Positions 39,430-53,945 of a stretch of DNA of 64,000 bases are shown here, piece after piece (within the stretch, counting starts at the first letter, position 1; every line of letters begins with the position of its first letter). This DNA comes from Chrysomallon squamiferum. Lineage: Eukaryota > Animalia > Mollusca. The translations under genes were made by a program, and so were the position numbers. The DNA lies in NCBI GenBank assembly GCA_012295275.1, contig CM022676.1:15810001-15874000 (forward strand). The letters are read 5' to 3'. The notes under the pieces are model-generated. The model made no database searches. It saw nothing but the letters and a program-made list of their open reading frames with translations, and was not told where the DNA came from.

Positions 39430-42400
39430 ATGCGGACAGATATGCTTATTTTATTTTGTTCTTTTATAAATATTTTTATTCTGCACTCGAGTACTGGTAA
39501 GTTCAATTTAAACTAATTTTCTATAGTTCTTCTTCTTCTTCTTCTTAAGATTATTGTTTAGTAAATATAAGTTCAGTGTTTGTGTCGGTAGGTTCAGTTA
39601 CTGCAATAGTAATACAATAAGGATATGTAGTAGTCGTAATAGTAGTAATAGCTAAAATAACAACATAAATACTTGTACACTTATAGTACTATTAGCAATT
39701 ACTCTACTAGCACTAGTAGTAGTAGCAACAGCAGCCGCAGTCGTTGTTACAGTAAAAGTACAATAAATATAAAAGTAATAGTTTGGGCAGAACAAGTTGT
39801 AGACGAAACCCCTGTAACAATAGTACAGGAAATGGTACTAGTAGTCATAGCAATAATAGTAGTAGTAGTAATAGTAGGAACAGTAGTATTATACTAATAA
39901 TACCAGTTGTGTTAGTGATAAGAGTAGAGTAGTAGCAGTAGAAGAAGTAGTAACAGCAGTAATAGTAGTAGCGGTGGTAGAAGTAGCAGTAGTAGTAGTT
40001 GAATTAACAGTACAATTTCACTAAATTAAATTGGTAATAATAATATTACTACTACGAGTAGTAGAAGTATTATATGTAGAATTAGTAATTTAGTAGTAGT
40101 ATAGTACTAGTACTATAGAAACTATTAACAGTAATGACAGTAGTAGTAGTTCTAGTAGAATTACTAGGAATAGTATTAAAAAAAAAGTATAATAAAAATA
40201 AAAACAGTAATAGTAAATTAGTTTACACATACGTCTTAGTTAATAATAATGGAAGAAGTAATACTAATAATAGTAACACTTGCAGTGGTACTAGTAGTAC
40301 TAGCAGTAGAGGTAGTGGTAGTAGTGAAGATAGCAGTAGTAGTCCTTGTAGTAGTAGTTATTGTTTCAGCACAAAGAAGCTAGAGGTAGAAATAAAACCA
40401 ATAAAGATAACTTTTTTCAGAACCAATAGCACTAGTAGGTAATGACAGTAATGACTAGTAGGTAAACAAAGCTGCAGACAGAAGAAAACAAAATATATGA
40501 CTCTATCTCTATTGGTTCAAAAGATGAATGCAAATCAGTACCATAGCTTATTTGTTATTTTGTATTTATTTATTTTTTCCATTATATTATATTATATTAT
40601 ATTATATTATTTTATTTATTTATTTATTTATTTTATTATACCATATTTTGGCAAACTGAAGGAAGGAGTAACATTAGCCAAGTATAGTTTGAAAAAAATA
40701 AAAAATATATAAAAGACATATAATCAAAAAACAATGCTGGGACCAATTTGTTAAACGAGTTTTCAAATCACATATTTCATAAAACCTTTTCAATTTGAAG
40801 TAATATTGTGAGTCAGTGCACAGCAACCATGCATTTTGTTTTTTTAGCACTTTAGCCAAAATTTTCAGAAAACAAGTCGGCGTAGTGTAGTTTCAGAAAG
40901 TATTAATTAGAATTACTATTTATTTGTTGTCGTTTGTAGTTTAAAGAACAGAAGATCTGCCTTTGTTGCAGTCATTGAAATAATATTAATAATAATTATA
41001 ATTATTATTATAATAATATATATATTTATTTATTTATTTTCATTGTTCAAATTTATTTCTTATTTTATTATCATCAATAATTTTTTATGTAGTTTAACAC
41101 GTCTGGATTAAAATGCATTTTTTTTAGGCGTCATATTACATTTCGAGGTAGTTGAAAGCAACAAGAGTGGCCATTAACAGAATAAATAGATAAATAAAAC
41201 AACTGATACGCGTCAAACACCTCAATAGCACAACTTTACTTTTATAAATAACTTGATTTTTCACTATTAAGTTTTTACTAGTAATAAGTTAAAATACTGT
41301 GATGTGTTTCTATCTCTCTATCTATATATTTGTATGTCTGTCTGTCTATCTAACTATCTATTTTTCTGTGTGTCTACCTATCTATCTATCTGTTTATGTT
41401 TATCAATATAGCTATCTATCTATAAATGATGCTTAATACTACAAGCATTTGGTGTTTAACTATAATCGTAAACAATACATCAAACTCTACTCCAGAAAGG
41501 AATAATAGGGGTTCACTTCCACCTGGCCTAAAACTTAAACGATCTGTCTCCCGCATGATGTTGAGATACCTGGTCCAAATGTTTTCATAGTAAATTGGAA
41601 TTAAGGGCTATGGTACTTTATAAATATTAAGTGAATATATCTCAGTAGATAGCAGTAGTCTGGCAGTGATGTTGATGAGTACATATACGTGAAGAGAATA
41701 CCTCAAAATAACTAGATGGCATTGAGTTAACAGATAGTCGTGTACAGTTTAAAAGCCAGTCAAGTTATTCCTGTACCTACCTTTAAGGGACAACTACAGG
41801 ATAACGGACACAGCCTACACTTTTAATAGCTTTGTCCACTGATTTTAGATAGGCTGCCAGTACATAGTATTGGTGGATATTGAAGTAGCAGTAGTACTGG
41901 TATTATTGTTAGTATGAGTAGTTTTTATTAAGAGGTGTATCAGTAGCTCTAGTGGACAGAAGTAGTAATAACCAAACTACAAGCATAATCAGCAATAATA
42001 GTAGTAGTAGTTTTAGTGGTACTAGCAATAGTAATAGTAATCATAAAGGTAGTAAATACTATAATATTATTAGAGCTAGTAGTAACATCAATACTGGTAG
42101 CAATAAAATAGTTGTACTAATAGAATTATCATTATTAATCCAATACAGCTACAAAATTAGTAATCATAACTACTATAATGACTAAGCTAAATAATTTAGT
42201 AGAAGAAGAAAAATAACCTAACTAACTGAAGTAATTGATTAATTAACTATAATTAACAATTAATGTTGCCTGTTTCGCCTGTAGGTGTAAAGTTTGGATT
42301 GTTTCAAGTGATACCTGTACTAAAAGGTGATACGATGTTTATGACGTGTCGTGTACACGAGTCTCAGAATCTGAATTCTGATATAAAGTTTGTACATAAA

Positions 42401-42703
42401 ACACAAACTGATAACACTACAGTGTGTCACTGTGTACAGAGAGGAGACACGTGAATTGTAACAGTACACACAGTTACATTTGTAGATGTGCAGCACAGAA
42501 AACAAAGCTAACAGCAAATATGAAGACTACACAGTTACTAAATATCTCTCAACTGACAGTTGAAAAAAAAAAACACATTCTTATTTATCATAAATGTTCT
42601 TCGTCAATTCTTGTTATATAAATAAAATAACAAGAAAACCACAAACGCAGATACATACCTAGATAGATACATTCATGTATACATAGACACACACGCACGC
42701 ACA

Positions 42704-42761
<58 letters not shown>

Positions 42762-43330
42762 AACACACATTCATACAGATACACACACATGTATATATGT
42801 ATATATATATGCGTGTGTGTACATACATACATACACACAGACACACCCAGAAACACATACACACATACACATTTACACATTATCTATAAAGTATTTATTT
42901 ATTTATTATTATATACATTTCTATTTTTCTTCTTTTTTGTATTTTATCAAACTCGACTAAATCGTTTTGAGAAAACAGTAATCTTTTGAACCTAAAATCT
43001 TTGGTGAGAGACACATACTGATGAAGTCAAAACTAGAAATTTACTGGATAACAGACACTCACACTCAGATAGAAAACAACTCACATACATATGCACAGAT
43101 ACACACAAATCCCTACACACACACACACACACACAACCACACACACACACACTCTCAAACACATCCACACACTTATAAAGAATAACATTTGTGTGTTTGT
43201 CTGTTTACAGGTAAATCTAAACTGAATGGAGGAGGGATACATTTGATGGCGAATCTGCAAATTGTTGCTGTTTTCTCAGTTTTCACCTTCACACACCAAC
43301 ATCAGCTGCAGATTAAAATTGACTCGTGTT
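39430..43330 (+). pseudogene. Cys-rich Ig-like family gene A: leader 39430-39496, broken D1 exon 42285-about 42560, candidate hydrophobic C-terminal exon from 43211
   Basis: Leader MRTDMLILFCSFINIFILHSSTG|GTAAGT; D1 has a 1-bp deletion giving TGA (ACGTGAATTGT versus ACGTGTAACTGT) and is 3'-truncated; 43211 reads GKSKLNGGGIHLMANLQIVAVFSVFTF. Confidence 0.75.
41540..41710 (+). mobile_element. Highly decayed CR1/L2-type LINE reverse-transcriptase fragment
   Basis: Ordered motif traces across frames: DLS.A.D, IGIKG, YLS.R.Q, IPQ. Confidence 0.4.
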
Positions 43331-44237
43331 TTTGGAAATATCAAGTGGCACTTAAAACAAAAACATTTCGTTGTAAATATACAGAAACACTTTTAGCAAA
43401 AACCGTATTATTTTAATTGTGCAATGTAAGTTTAATCAAAAACGTGTTCTTAGAAATATTCAGTTAAACGTCAAACAAAAACATTTTATTGTAAATATGC
43501 AATGGAACAGAAAGTTCTTATTGTAAATATACAGTGCAACTGTAAAACAGAAATTACTTTTTGAAAATGAGTTTTATTTTTTGAAAACAATCGTATTATC
43601 TTAAATCTGCAGAGTAACTTTAAACAGAAGCATATTGTAAATATGTAATGTAACTGTAATCTAAAACATGTCATTATAAATAAATACAAAAACATTAGAA
43701 CAAATTGTGTTTTGAGGTATGTGCAGTTTAACTCTAAATACAAATTTTGCTAACATGAACAAGCTAATGTAATTTCTGCATATTTGTATTTCTTTTTTCT
43801 CCAAATGTGCATATAAAGTGTTTTGATTTTGTTAACCGTCTTCCCTTCCGTGGACATTGCAACCGTGTTAGCTGATGATTTTACGTGACGTAATTCATGG
43901 CGTTTAAAACTATAAATCACCAAAAGATACACAATACATTTACAATTGTATTGGAACTGTTGACACTAATGCACAAACAACTGTTATAAATAGTTGTTGC
44001 TGGCGATGTAATACTCCCAATATGAACCGTGTGCATTCTTTAAACGTCCATAAAAGTAACGTCTTTAACTTTGTAACTGATTATTACTATAAGTTATTTA
44101 TTTTCAGTTGCTTTCAGTTTCTCAATTATCGTTAATTCTTTCAGTCAGTCAGTCAGTCTGTAGTTTATAAAGAAAAAAAAGTGTTTTATTTTGATTATTT
44201 ATTCATTTTTATTTTTTTTACGAATAACTGTTCATAT

Positions 44238-44326
<89 letters not shown>

Positions 44327-44608
44327 GAAATGATTTTATTTTTAATAAGTTTCATGTTCAATGATGTGAAAACTGAAGTCGCAGATGACAGTTACTGTTG
44401 AAAAAATTGGATTTGTCAGACATCTAAACTCTACTCACTGAATACCATCAGTATTACAATTCAGTTGTCTTCAGCGCACGCTCACACACACACACACACA
44501 CACATACACACACACACAAACACACACACACAAACACACACATATACACACATATACACACAGATACACACATACACAAACACACAGGCGCACACACACA
44601 TACAAACA

Positions 44609-44641
<33 letters not shown>

Positions 44642-44748
44642 TTATATACATATCCACACATGTAATTCCGACTTGCATTGAAAATCGCCTTGCGTCGAAG
44701 ATATTTTCCAACGGACCGACGTAAGGCTAGTTTCGAGGACATATACAT

Positions 44749-44779
<31 letters not shown>

Positions 44780-46403
44780 TTTGTTTATTTATTTATATTT
44801 TGAGGATCCGTCATCCTAACTTTTGAAATTGCGGAACTTAGGCGAGTAAACTAAATGTTGAAAATCAAAGGTTTCAGCTACTTTAGTATAAACAGACTTT
44901 ATTTCATGAACGAAATTATTAAAATTATCATATAAAAAATCCGGACAAGTTTCTGTAAAACCTGTTTAGGATATTTAAATGGAATCTGTACTTTGACTGA
45001 AATATTTTTCTCTGGTTATATCCTTTTAACTCAAAATCCGAAATATTCATGACTTCCAGTCCCAAGGACTTCGAGTAAAAATACCCTCAACCTGAATTTC
45101 TGAGAATGACAGAAGAACGCAGAAAGGAAGACAGAATAGAAACAAGTATTTATGAAAAAAGAATAGCGTTACTCAAAACGAAAAAAAAAATGGATTTGAG
45201 ATAATTTATTTTATAACTTTACCTACATATTATAACCGTGATTATTTGTCCTTGGTTATTATGTTGCTGTAGAACTACTTTGGGGAATGCAGTCTGGGAG
45301 CAATGGGGTCCAGTCTAAATACAAAATGAAAGAGAGATGAGCCGAGTTCCGAAATGTTTATTGCTGGACAGCCAAGTGCATTATAACTGGACACTGGTCT
45401 GTGCGTTATTTTATAGCACTCGGCTCATATCGTTACGTATTAATGTATTTAGGTATTTAATTTATTGTCAGGATTATTGCCGTAATCAATCAACTCAGAA
45501 TAAGACATATTTTGTTTTCAGCTGTCCTAGTGTTAATTGCAGACGAACTGTCACAATTTTAAATAATTGTATGTCTGTTGTTAGTTTGGATGGATTGTAA
45601 CTTTGACGACTTTGGCTTTATGACTTACGTTGCTACTGTTAAATGCACTTTATTGTAAAATATTAAATTTTAATCCTTGTTCACAGAGCAGAAACGTATC
45701 CTTGGAACCTTTCTAAGTGTATTTTAAATCATACATACTCACACATGCACACGGGTATGTGCGCTCTCACTATCTTTCCTTCCGCACATCCATCTCCACC
45801 TCCACACACACACATTTATATATCTGTGTATATTCATACATACATTCATACGCACATATATAAATATACACAATATTCCTTTCTATACACCTATAAGAAG
45901 GAAGTTTCACACTATCTTTCTTATTTAATTAGTTTTAAAATATATATAAATAACTTTGTCTTTATAGAGAACTTCACACACACGTGCACACACACACACA
46001 CACATACCACATACACATATACACATACTTTCAGTCAGCTAAACGCACACTCAGCCACATGCACACATATACAAACAGACAGAAGTACAGACACAACACT
46101 CGGAGACCCAACCAACACACACAAACACACAGATACTTACATTAGCGACTCAAAAGTGATGTTCGTCTTGGAAGAAATACATATATATGGACAGACACAC
46201 ACACGCACACTCTCAGTCTTTCTCTTATACACACATACATCCACCTCCCCTACACGCGCGCGCACACACACATATATAAATATATATTCATACACACATT
46301 CATACGCACATATATACATATACATTATAAACCTCCCTATACACAAATAAGAAGGAATCTTCACAGAATCTCTGTTGAATTAGTTTTAATAGGGAACTTT
46401 ACA

Positions 46404-46463
<60 letters not shown>

Positions 46464-47276
46464 GACAGACATACTTATATTAGGTACCCAAAAGTGATTT
46501 TCATTTTGGAAGGAATAAAAGGTTTGATTTCTAACTATAATTGTATATGTTTTTTTAATCCTGAATTCAGTGATTTCAGTTTGGGAAATATAAGGCTGAC
46601 TTCTATCTAAAACTGTAGATCTGTTTATGCTCATTTCAGGGATTAAAGACATTTACAGTTGTCAGTTAAATAGTCCAAAGTTATATCTGCATTTATCTTT
46701 AACGTTTCGGTGCGGTTGAGGGATAATTGATATTTTGAATGAATCTCGATTTTTAAGGGTTCTTTTCCAAGCGAAATTTTCTCTGACAAAGTTTATTTGA
46801 GAATATGTTATGCTAAGTGTTCAAAGCATATTCACAGGAACAATAGTAAGTACTTTATAACATGTTTCCTTTTTAAAACAATGCAGCTTGTTGAAATACA
46901 TTAGTACACTGACTTCCTTCTGCTAGTTAAGTTTTGCAAAAATGTCATTGGCTGCTCTATCAGGAAGAAGAAAAAACTGTAGACTAAATAAAGAAAAATA
47001 TTTCACCAGTTAGTTTTTAAATAATTCATAATTTCTTTTTCTGACTGAATCGCTTTTATAGTTATTGTTATTTGTATTTCTACTGATGTTGATATTATTA
47101 TTATTATTATTATTATGTTGTTGTTGTTATAGTTATTATTATTAATATTACTACCATTATTATTATAATTATTATTATTCTTACATATTATTATTTTACT
47201 ATCATTATTAGTACTATTATTATTATTATCATCAGTATTATTATTAATAATAATTATAATATTATTATTATTATTA

Positions 47277-47337
<61 letters not shown>

Positions 47338-47393
47338 TAGTATTACAATTATTATTGTTGTTATTTCAGATTTCCCACTGGAATAATTCAAAC

Positions 47394-47751
47394 ATGCGGA
47401 CAGACATTTTTATTTTCTGTATTTTTCCTATAAGTTTTCTCATTCTGCACTCGAGTACTGGTAAGTTTAATCTAAACTAATTCTATGTAGTTGTTCTTCT
47501 TTTCTTCTTCTTCTTAAGCAAATAGTTTTTAGCAAATGCAGTTGTTGTGTTAGTGTCAGTAGTAGTGGCGGTCACTCAAATATTAATAGAATAACGAAGT
47601 GTAGAAGTAACAGTAGCAATAGTAAAAGAAACAGCAGTAATAGTTGTAAAGTTATACTAGTACTGGTAATTATACTACTAGTGATAATAATAGATAAAGC
47701 AAAAGCAGAATCAGTAGTATTAGCTGTACTGACAGTAGTAGTTATAGTAGC

Positions 47752-47792
<41 letters not shown>

Positions 47793-48844
47793 AACAAGTA
47801 GCAAAAGAAGAAGAAAAAGACGTATAAGTGGTGATAGTAATAATATAAGTAAACACAGAGTAAACCACTAAACAAATTTTTTTAAAGAAATATCAGTGGA
47901 GGTTGTAGTAACAGAAGTACCAGTATTAGTGTTGGTACGAATAGTATGTATTAGTAGGAATATCGCTAGTACTACTAGTAGATAAATAGTAAAATTACGA
48001 ATAATAGCATAATCAGCATTAATAGTAATAATACTTTTAGTGATACTAGTAATAGTAGTAGTAACCACACTGGTAATGCTAATAATTATTATTAGTAGTA
48101 AAAATAACAGAAATTGTAAAAGTAGTGGTATTAGTGATAGTAGTAACAGTAATTATAGTAGTAGAAGTAGTTGTAATAATAGTAGTATCGTTATCAATGT
48201 AGCTAATAATTTGGAATAGTAAAATACTATAATGACTAAATTCAGTTTTATTCAATAATTAACTGCAAATAAAAAATAATATTTCCCGTTTCGCCTGTAG
48301 GTGTAAAGTTTGGATTGTTTCAAGTGATACCTGTACTAAAAGGTGATACGATGTATATGACCTGTCGTGTACGCGAGTCACAGAATCTGAATTCTGATAT
48401 AAAGTTTGTACATAAAACACAAACTGATAACACTACAGTGTGTGACTGTGTACAGAGAGGAGACACGTGTAACTGTAACAGTACACAAAGTTACATTTGT
48501 AGATGTGATGGAGGGACAAACAAAGCCAACAGCGAGTTTAAAGATTACACAGTTTACAAGGATCATTCAACTGAACATGACACTGGAGTCTGGTTTTGTG
48601 GATCTGATCAACTTGATGTGTGGAGTGAACCAGAAGTTTCAGTTATTTGTAAGATATTTATATACACAGAAAACCGCATCACACTTTGGAAGAATGAATG
48701 TATAAACTGAATATTAGTGCCTTACAATTATAAAACAGCATGCATACATACGTACATACACACACTCACTTATGTATAAACAGACACATACACACATACA
48801 TACATGCACACACTTAACAATTATGTTGTTGTTGTTCTTTTTTG

Positions 48845-48888
<44 letters not shown>

Positions 48889-49286
48889 GTTGTTGTTGTT
48901 GTTTGTTGTTATTATTATTGTTATTATATTTCAGCTACAAATCCTGGTTTATCAGTGTATTCCTGGAAGGCTGTCATCAATCAAAATTTCACATTTGTTT
49001 GCTCTGCTATCAGAAATATTTATAAAGCTGATGTCACATTTAAACGAGGTCATGAGAATATTTGTACATGCAGAAACGAAACACAAAGATGTGAACGACA
49101 CAAAGACTCGACAGATAACTACAGATGTAAGTTTGTACAAAGAAGAAACAGAGGCAGAAGTTATTTTTCCAGTTACAGTTTAACTATATCTTCATTTTCT
49201 GTCAATGACTTGGAGTCATGGACATGCAACACTGAACAAAGTAAGAGCAACTCCATTACATCAGTCCGTAATTATTGTTGTTGTTG

Positions 49287-49339
<53 letters not shown>

Positions 49340-49652
49340 TGTATTGTTGTTATTATTATTATTGTTGTTGTTGTTATTATTATTAGTAGTAGTATTAGTA
49401 TTATTGTCGTTTTTGATGTTGTTGTTGCTGTTATGAAAAACAGGTAACAGATTAACCAATTTAAAGATATTTGGCCATTTCCAACCTGTTGATAGCAAAT
49501 AGGTTTTCTTCATCAACATCCTTGTAGGAGACATTATGTGGCTTGGTCTATGATGGTTTATCTTGCCCTAGGTAAGAAAACAACGTTAAACAAGCTGCAG
49601 TCCTATAGCTCATCATCTCAAACAGGGAAACTAGCTAGAAACAATATACAAT

Positions 49653-49686
<34 letters not shown>

Positions 49687-52600
49687 TTATTTTTAATTCC
49701 TCTCATAAATTTCATCTCAGATGCACGTGATGTAATAAACAAAGGGGTGATTTACGTGTTCAACACAATGACGTTTGTGCTTAGACTTGTCAAACGCACA
49801 TTGTGTATTGACTCAATCCCCTTGGTGTCACTGCAGTTTCAGAGCACCAGACTAGTGCTGAATGTTATTGAAGATTTTACCCGGCATAATTAACACTGAA
49901 ATGTATGACTCCATTCTACCTATTGGTAGTTTTCGCACTAATTTTAGGAAGGACACTTGAATTCAAATCTGCCTCAACTGAACTGGTTTGTTCCTCTTCA
50001 GGGTTAATAAATACACATGACAAAGTTTGTCTGGGAGATTTACCAATTGTAGTGGTACTAGAGGTGATGCTAGTACTTGTAGCAGTAGAGGTAGTGGTGG
50101 TAGAACAGGTAGTAGTAGTAGTAATCGTTGTCGTAGTAGTAGTTATAGTTTCAGCAGTAGAAGCTATCAGTAAAACAACTGATATAAAATACATACAGTT
50201 AAGAAGAGTGCTGGGGCCAACTTCTTAAAATGAGCTTAATTTTTTGCACAGGTGTAAGTTTATCTGTATGTTCACAATAACGTTAATATTACTAAAAAAA
50301 TATTGTAAATTTAATCAAAAGAAAAGTAATAGTTTACACCGATGTAGTAGTACTGGAAGAAGTAGCACACACAATAGTAATAGTTGTAGTGGTACTAATA
50401 GTAGTAGTAGAGGTAATGGTAGTAGTGAAGGTAGAACTGGTAGTAGTAGCTGTCGTAGTAGTAGTAGTTATAGATTCAACAGTAGAAGCCAGTGGTAGTA
50501 ATACAATCAATAATGATAATTCTAACAGAAACGATAATGATATTGACACTAATACTGATATTAATGTTATGAATAGTTATAGTATGAATAGTATGTATTA
50601 GTAGGATTATCAGAACTACTACTAGTAGCATAGTTAGCAGTAACAATAGTAGTAGAAGTAATCATAGTCAAATTAATATTACCGTTAATATTGGTTGTAG
50701 TAGTAGTCATCGAACTAGTAATAATTATTATTGGTAGTAGTTGAAATAATAATAGTCGTTGTGGTAGTAATACCAGTACTTGTGTTAGTGGTAGTAGTAA
50801 TTTTGTTATCAGTTGTCAAAGTAGTAATAATACTAGGATCACTATCAATCAAATTAAACTATATATTACTAGTAACAAAAGCTATAGTGACTAAATTAAA
50901 TATGATGATTTCTATTAGAAGACAGTTAGCTAATTTAATTAATTAGTTAGCTCCAAACAAAACTTAATGTTTCATGTTGCAGTTCTAGGAGTAAAATTTG
51001 AATTGCTGAACGTGAAACTCGTACTGAAAGGTGAAATGATGTTTATGATATGTCGTGTGTTCGAATCGCAGAATCTGACTTCTGATATAAAGTTTGTACA
51101 TAAAACACAAACTGATAACACCACAGTGTGTGACTGTGTACAGAGAGGAAACACGTGTAACTGTAACAGTACACAAAGTTACACTTGTAGATGTGCAACA
51201 CAGACAAACAATTCTAACAGCGAGTACAAAGACTATTCAGTTTATAAATACCACACAACTGAAGATGACACTGGAGTCTGGCTTTGTGGATCTGATCAAC
51301 TTGAAGTGTGGAGTGAACCAGAAGTTGGTGTAATATGTGAGATAGTCTTTATCATTATTGTTACACATACACAGATAAACAAAATATTCCTGGACGGCTA
51401 TCATCAATCAAAGTTTGACATTTGTTTGTTCTGTTATTGGAAATTTTTATAAAAAAGGTATCACATTTACACGAGGTGATTAGAAGATTTGTAGATGTAA
51501 ATATAAAACAAGAACATGTGAAACAAACAAAGAGTTGAGAGATAACTACAGATGTAAGTTTGTACAAACAAAAAAGAAAACTGTATTGGGAGGTACAACT
51601 TACAGTTTAACTGTATCTTCATTTTCTGTCAACGACGTGCAGGTCTAACAAATATGAGAGTAACACCATTACACCAATCCGTAAGTATTATTATTATTAG
51701 TAGTAGTAGTATTAGTATTATTAGTAGTAGTAGTGGTAATAATACTAGATGGTAATTGTCCTATACATCATCATCTCAAACAGGGAAACTAGCTAGAAAC
51801 AATATACAATTATTAGCATTATTCTTTTTTAAATTCCTCTCATAAATTTCAATTGATGTGTTCATGCTGTAATAAAAAAGGGATGAATTACATTTTCAAA
51901 ACAATGACCTTTGCATGACGTAGAGTGTCTGAGATATTATTTGAGAAAGTTTGCTACAAAGTTCCCATTGCCATGTTTTTTTGTGTGATTACATTGACGG
52001 AGTTATCAGAACTCAGATTTGGTGATACAATCACATGAACCGACTTCGTGTTTTTCTTTTCGTTCGTTCTCAGAGCTGCTCTGTTCAAAACATTCATCAG
52101 CGTATTTAATATCATCTTTATGTGTAACTACCTGTTGTTGTTCTGCTCTGATCCTGTCCCTTTTCCCCTGCTGTTTTCAGCTGTGTTGCGGTTTCTCATA
52201 GTGGCAGTGAGAATAAGGCGTTTTGCCTTTTTCCTTCAATTGTTCGGGTGTGTCATCTCTGCTGTGAAAAAATACGGTTCTGAATATATTTTTAAGAAAA
52301 GTAATACCAGTATTTAATTATCTCTCAGAAAAGATAGATTTATATTTTTTTGGAAAACAGTTCTGTTATGTTGTCTTCTTCTGCTTCTTATTTTTCTTTT
52401 CTTCTTTTTCTGTCTTCTCCTTATTATTATTATTATCATTAGAATGATTATTATTATTGTTGTTGTTGTTATTGCTTGTAGTAGTAGTAGTAGTAGAAGC
52501 AGTAGTAGTAGTGGTAGTAGTTTTAATAATAGAAGTAGTTGTAGTAATAGTAGTAGTGGTAGGCTGTTTTAATAAATGAGAGTGAACTAGTAGAATGAAC

Positions 52601-52867
52601 ATCAGTAGTATTGTAGCTGTCGTACTAGCTGCTGTAAATGTATTAGATTTTGCCTCCATCTTGTGATTTGTATGTGTATTTGTATGTATATGCATGTGGA
52701 TGCATGTCTATCTCTGTGCACGTGTATATGTATGTATCTATGTATGTATTTTTCAGGGCTTCAACCATCGGCTAGAAAGATTAGTCTAACAGCAACAACA
52801 ACAAAAGCAACAAGAACGTCGACTCTGTTAAATACATCGGAAACAACAAGTAATCGACCTACCCAAT
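47394..52867 (+). CDS. Cys-rich Ig-like family gene B: leader 47394-47460, D1 48301-48648, D2 48935-49267, D1' 50989-51336, (dead D2' about 51385-51680), Thr-rich stalk 52757-52867; terminal exon not found
   Basis: All listed live exons are open with GT-AG boundaries and phase-1 junctions. Leader MRTDIFIFCIFPISFLILHSSTG; D1 ...GDTMYMTCRV...CDCVQRGDTCNCNSTQSYICRC...DTGVWFC; D2 ...FTFVCS...CTC...C...YRC...YSLTISSFSVNDLESWTC; stalk LQPSARKISLTATTTKATRTSTLLNTSETTSNRPTQ. Confidence 0.75.
51385..51680 (+). pseudogene. Dead D2' exon
   Basis: Homologous to 48935-49267 but lacks the acceptor and 5' end, has an in-frame TAG (RGD*KICRC) and has lost the WTC motif; donor GTAAGT retained. Confidence 0.85.
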
Positions 52868-53200
52868 GTATTTAAGTATCTGTCAGTCTTTCTATCGATT
52901 ATCCATCATGTTATCTTTCTTCGTCTGTTTCTCTCTACATATACGTACATACACACCAGTTTACATACACGAACACACTCATACATAGAAACACATGCAC
53001 AGGGATATGTAGCGAAAAGAACAATGACACGTAGATATGTAAACAATGTGAGTAACATTTACAAATATCATTCATTACAAACAAGCATGTACTGTCTACT
53101 CACAAAAAAATATGTTCTTTGACGTGCTACATTTTTAATCAACGACTTTATGTCATAGTTGTGTAGGGCTGATACATACACAAATTACTCCATGAAGTAA

Positions 53201-53238
<38 letters not shown>

Positions 53239-53869
53239 CATCATCATCATCATCATCATCAATACTGGTTCACGATCTTGGTGACCAAAGTCATTCGTTG
53301 GAATTTCGCTTTATGTTTCGGTTTCTGTAACTGAAACAAATATTAATTTTCAGTCTTAAAACAAGTTAAACACTTCAACCAACTGCACATTTGTTAATAC
53401 ACAACTGGCAACTAGTGTTTTCTGTGTTCAGAAATAACAACAAACAAATTGAGTATTAATTATTTGTTAACACTTTTTATGTCGAATCGTCTGTGGTGTG
53501 AGTACATCTAGATACGTCAGCACTAAAACTAAACGATTAGTGAATTAGTTAATAGTTTTGACCTGTCCAGCTGTGCACGACTATAGTGTCGATGTATGTA
53601 GACACGTCAACACAGTTTGATATCTAATATAACTGTCATTATAGGCTCTGCGCAAAGCAAACATGGCCATTGTGTAAACAAATCAACAGTGTCGACATCA
53701 CTGATGTCATCACTTTTACAAGTGTCGAGGTTAAACAGACCTGTGTAAGAAATAAATCGAAGTTTAATTAAAACTAAAATTATTGAGTATTACTGGTATT
53801 AAGGTGTTTAAAAATGGTAGAGTCCTTGTCAAGTTACGCCTACACTAAAAAAAAACGAGTATGGACAAT

Positions 53870-53945
53870 TGCTCACCGGACAATACCTCACCATACAATT
53901 TCCCAGCAATAAAGTGAGAAATAGGACAATTTCTCATTACAACTG
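53870..53945. repeat. Short array of GGACAATT-like motifs, probable subterminal repeats of a non-autonomous DNA transposon
   Basis: GGACAATTGCTCACC, GGACAATACCTCACC, ATACAATTTCCCAGC, GGACAATTTCTCATT. Confidence 0.4.

Noticed and set aside
45265-45720. Possible solo LTR starting TGTAG
   Set aside because: Composition is suggestive, but I found no matching terminus, TSD or second copy
49440-50050. Complex-looking intronic sequence partly repeated at about 51765-51910
   Set aside because: No coherent frame or TE motif recognised; the repeat is explained by the D1-D2 duplication
42285-51680. V(D)J-like somatic rearrangement of the Ig-like exons
   Set aside because: CACAGTG occurs sporadically (e.g. 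about 51122, inside coding sequence), but I saw no heptamer-12/23-nonamer signals flanking the exons; each live exon has ordinary splice sites
53265-53335. Possible extra cytoplasmic micro-exon of the minus-strand lectin receptor
   Set aside because: Good acceptor, but stops in both plausible frames and no clear donor
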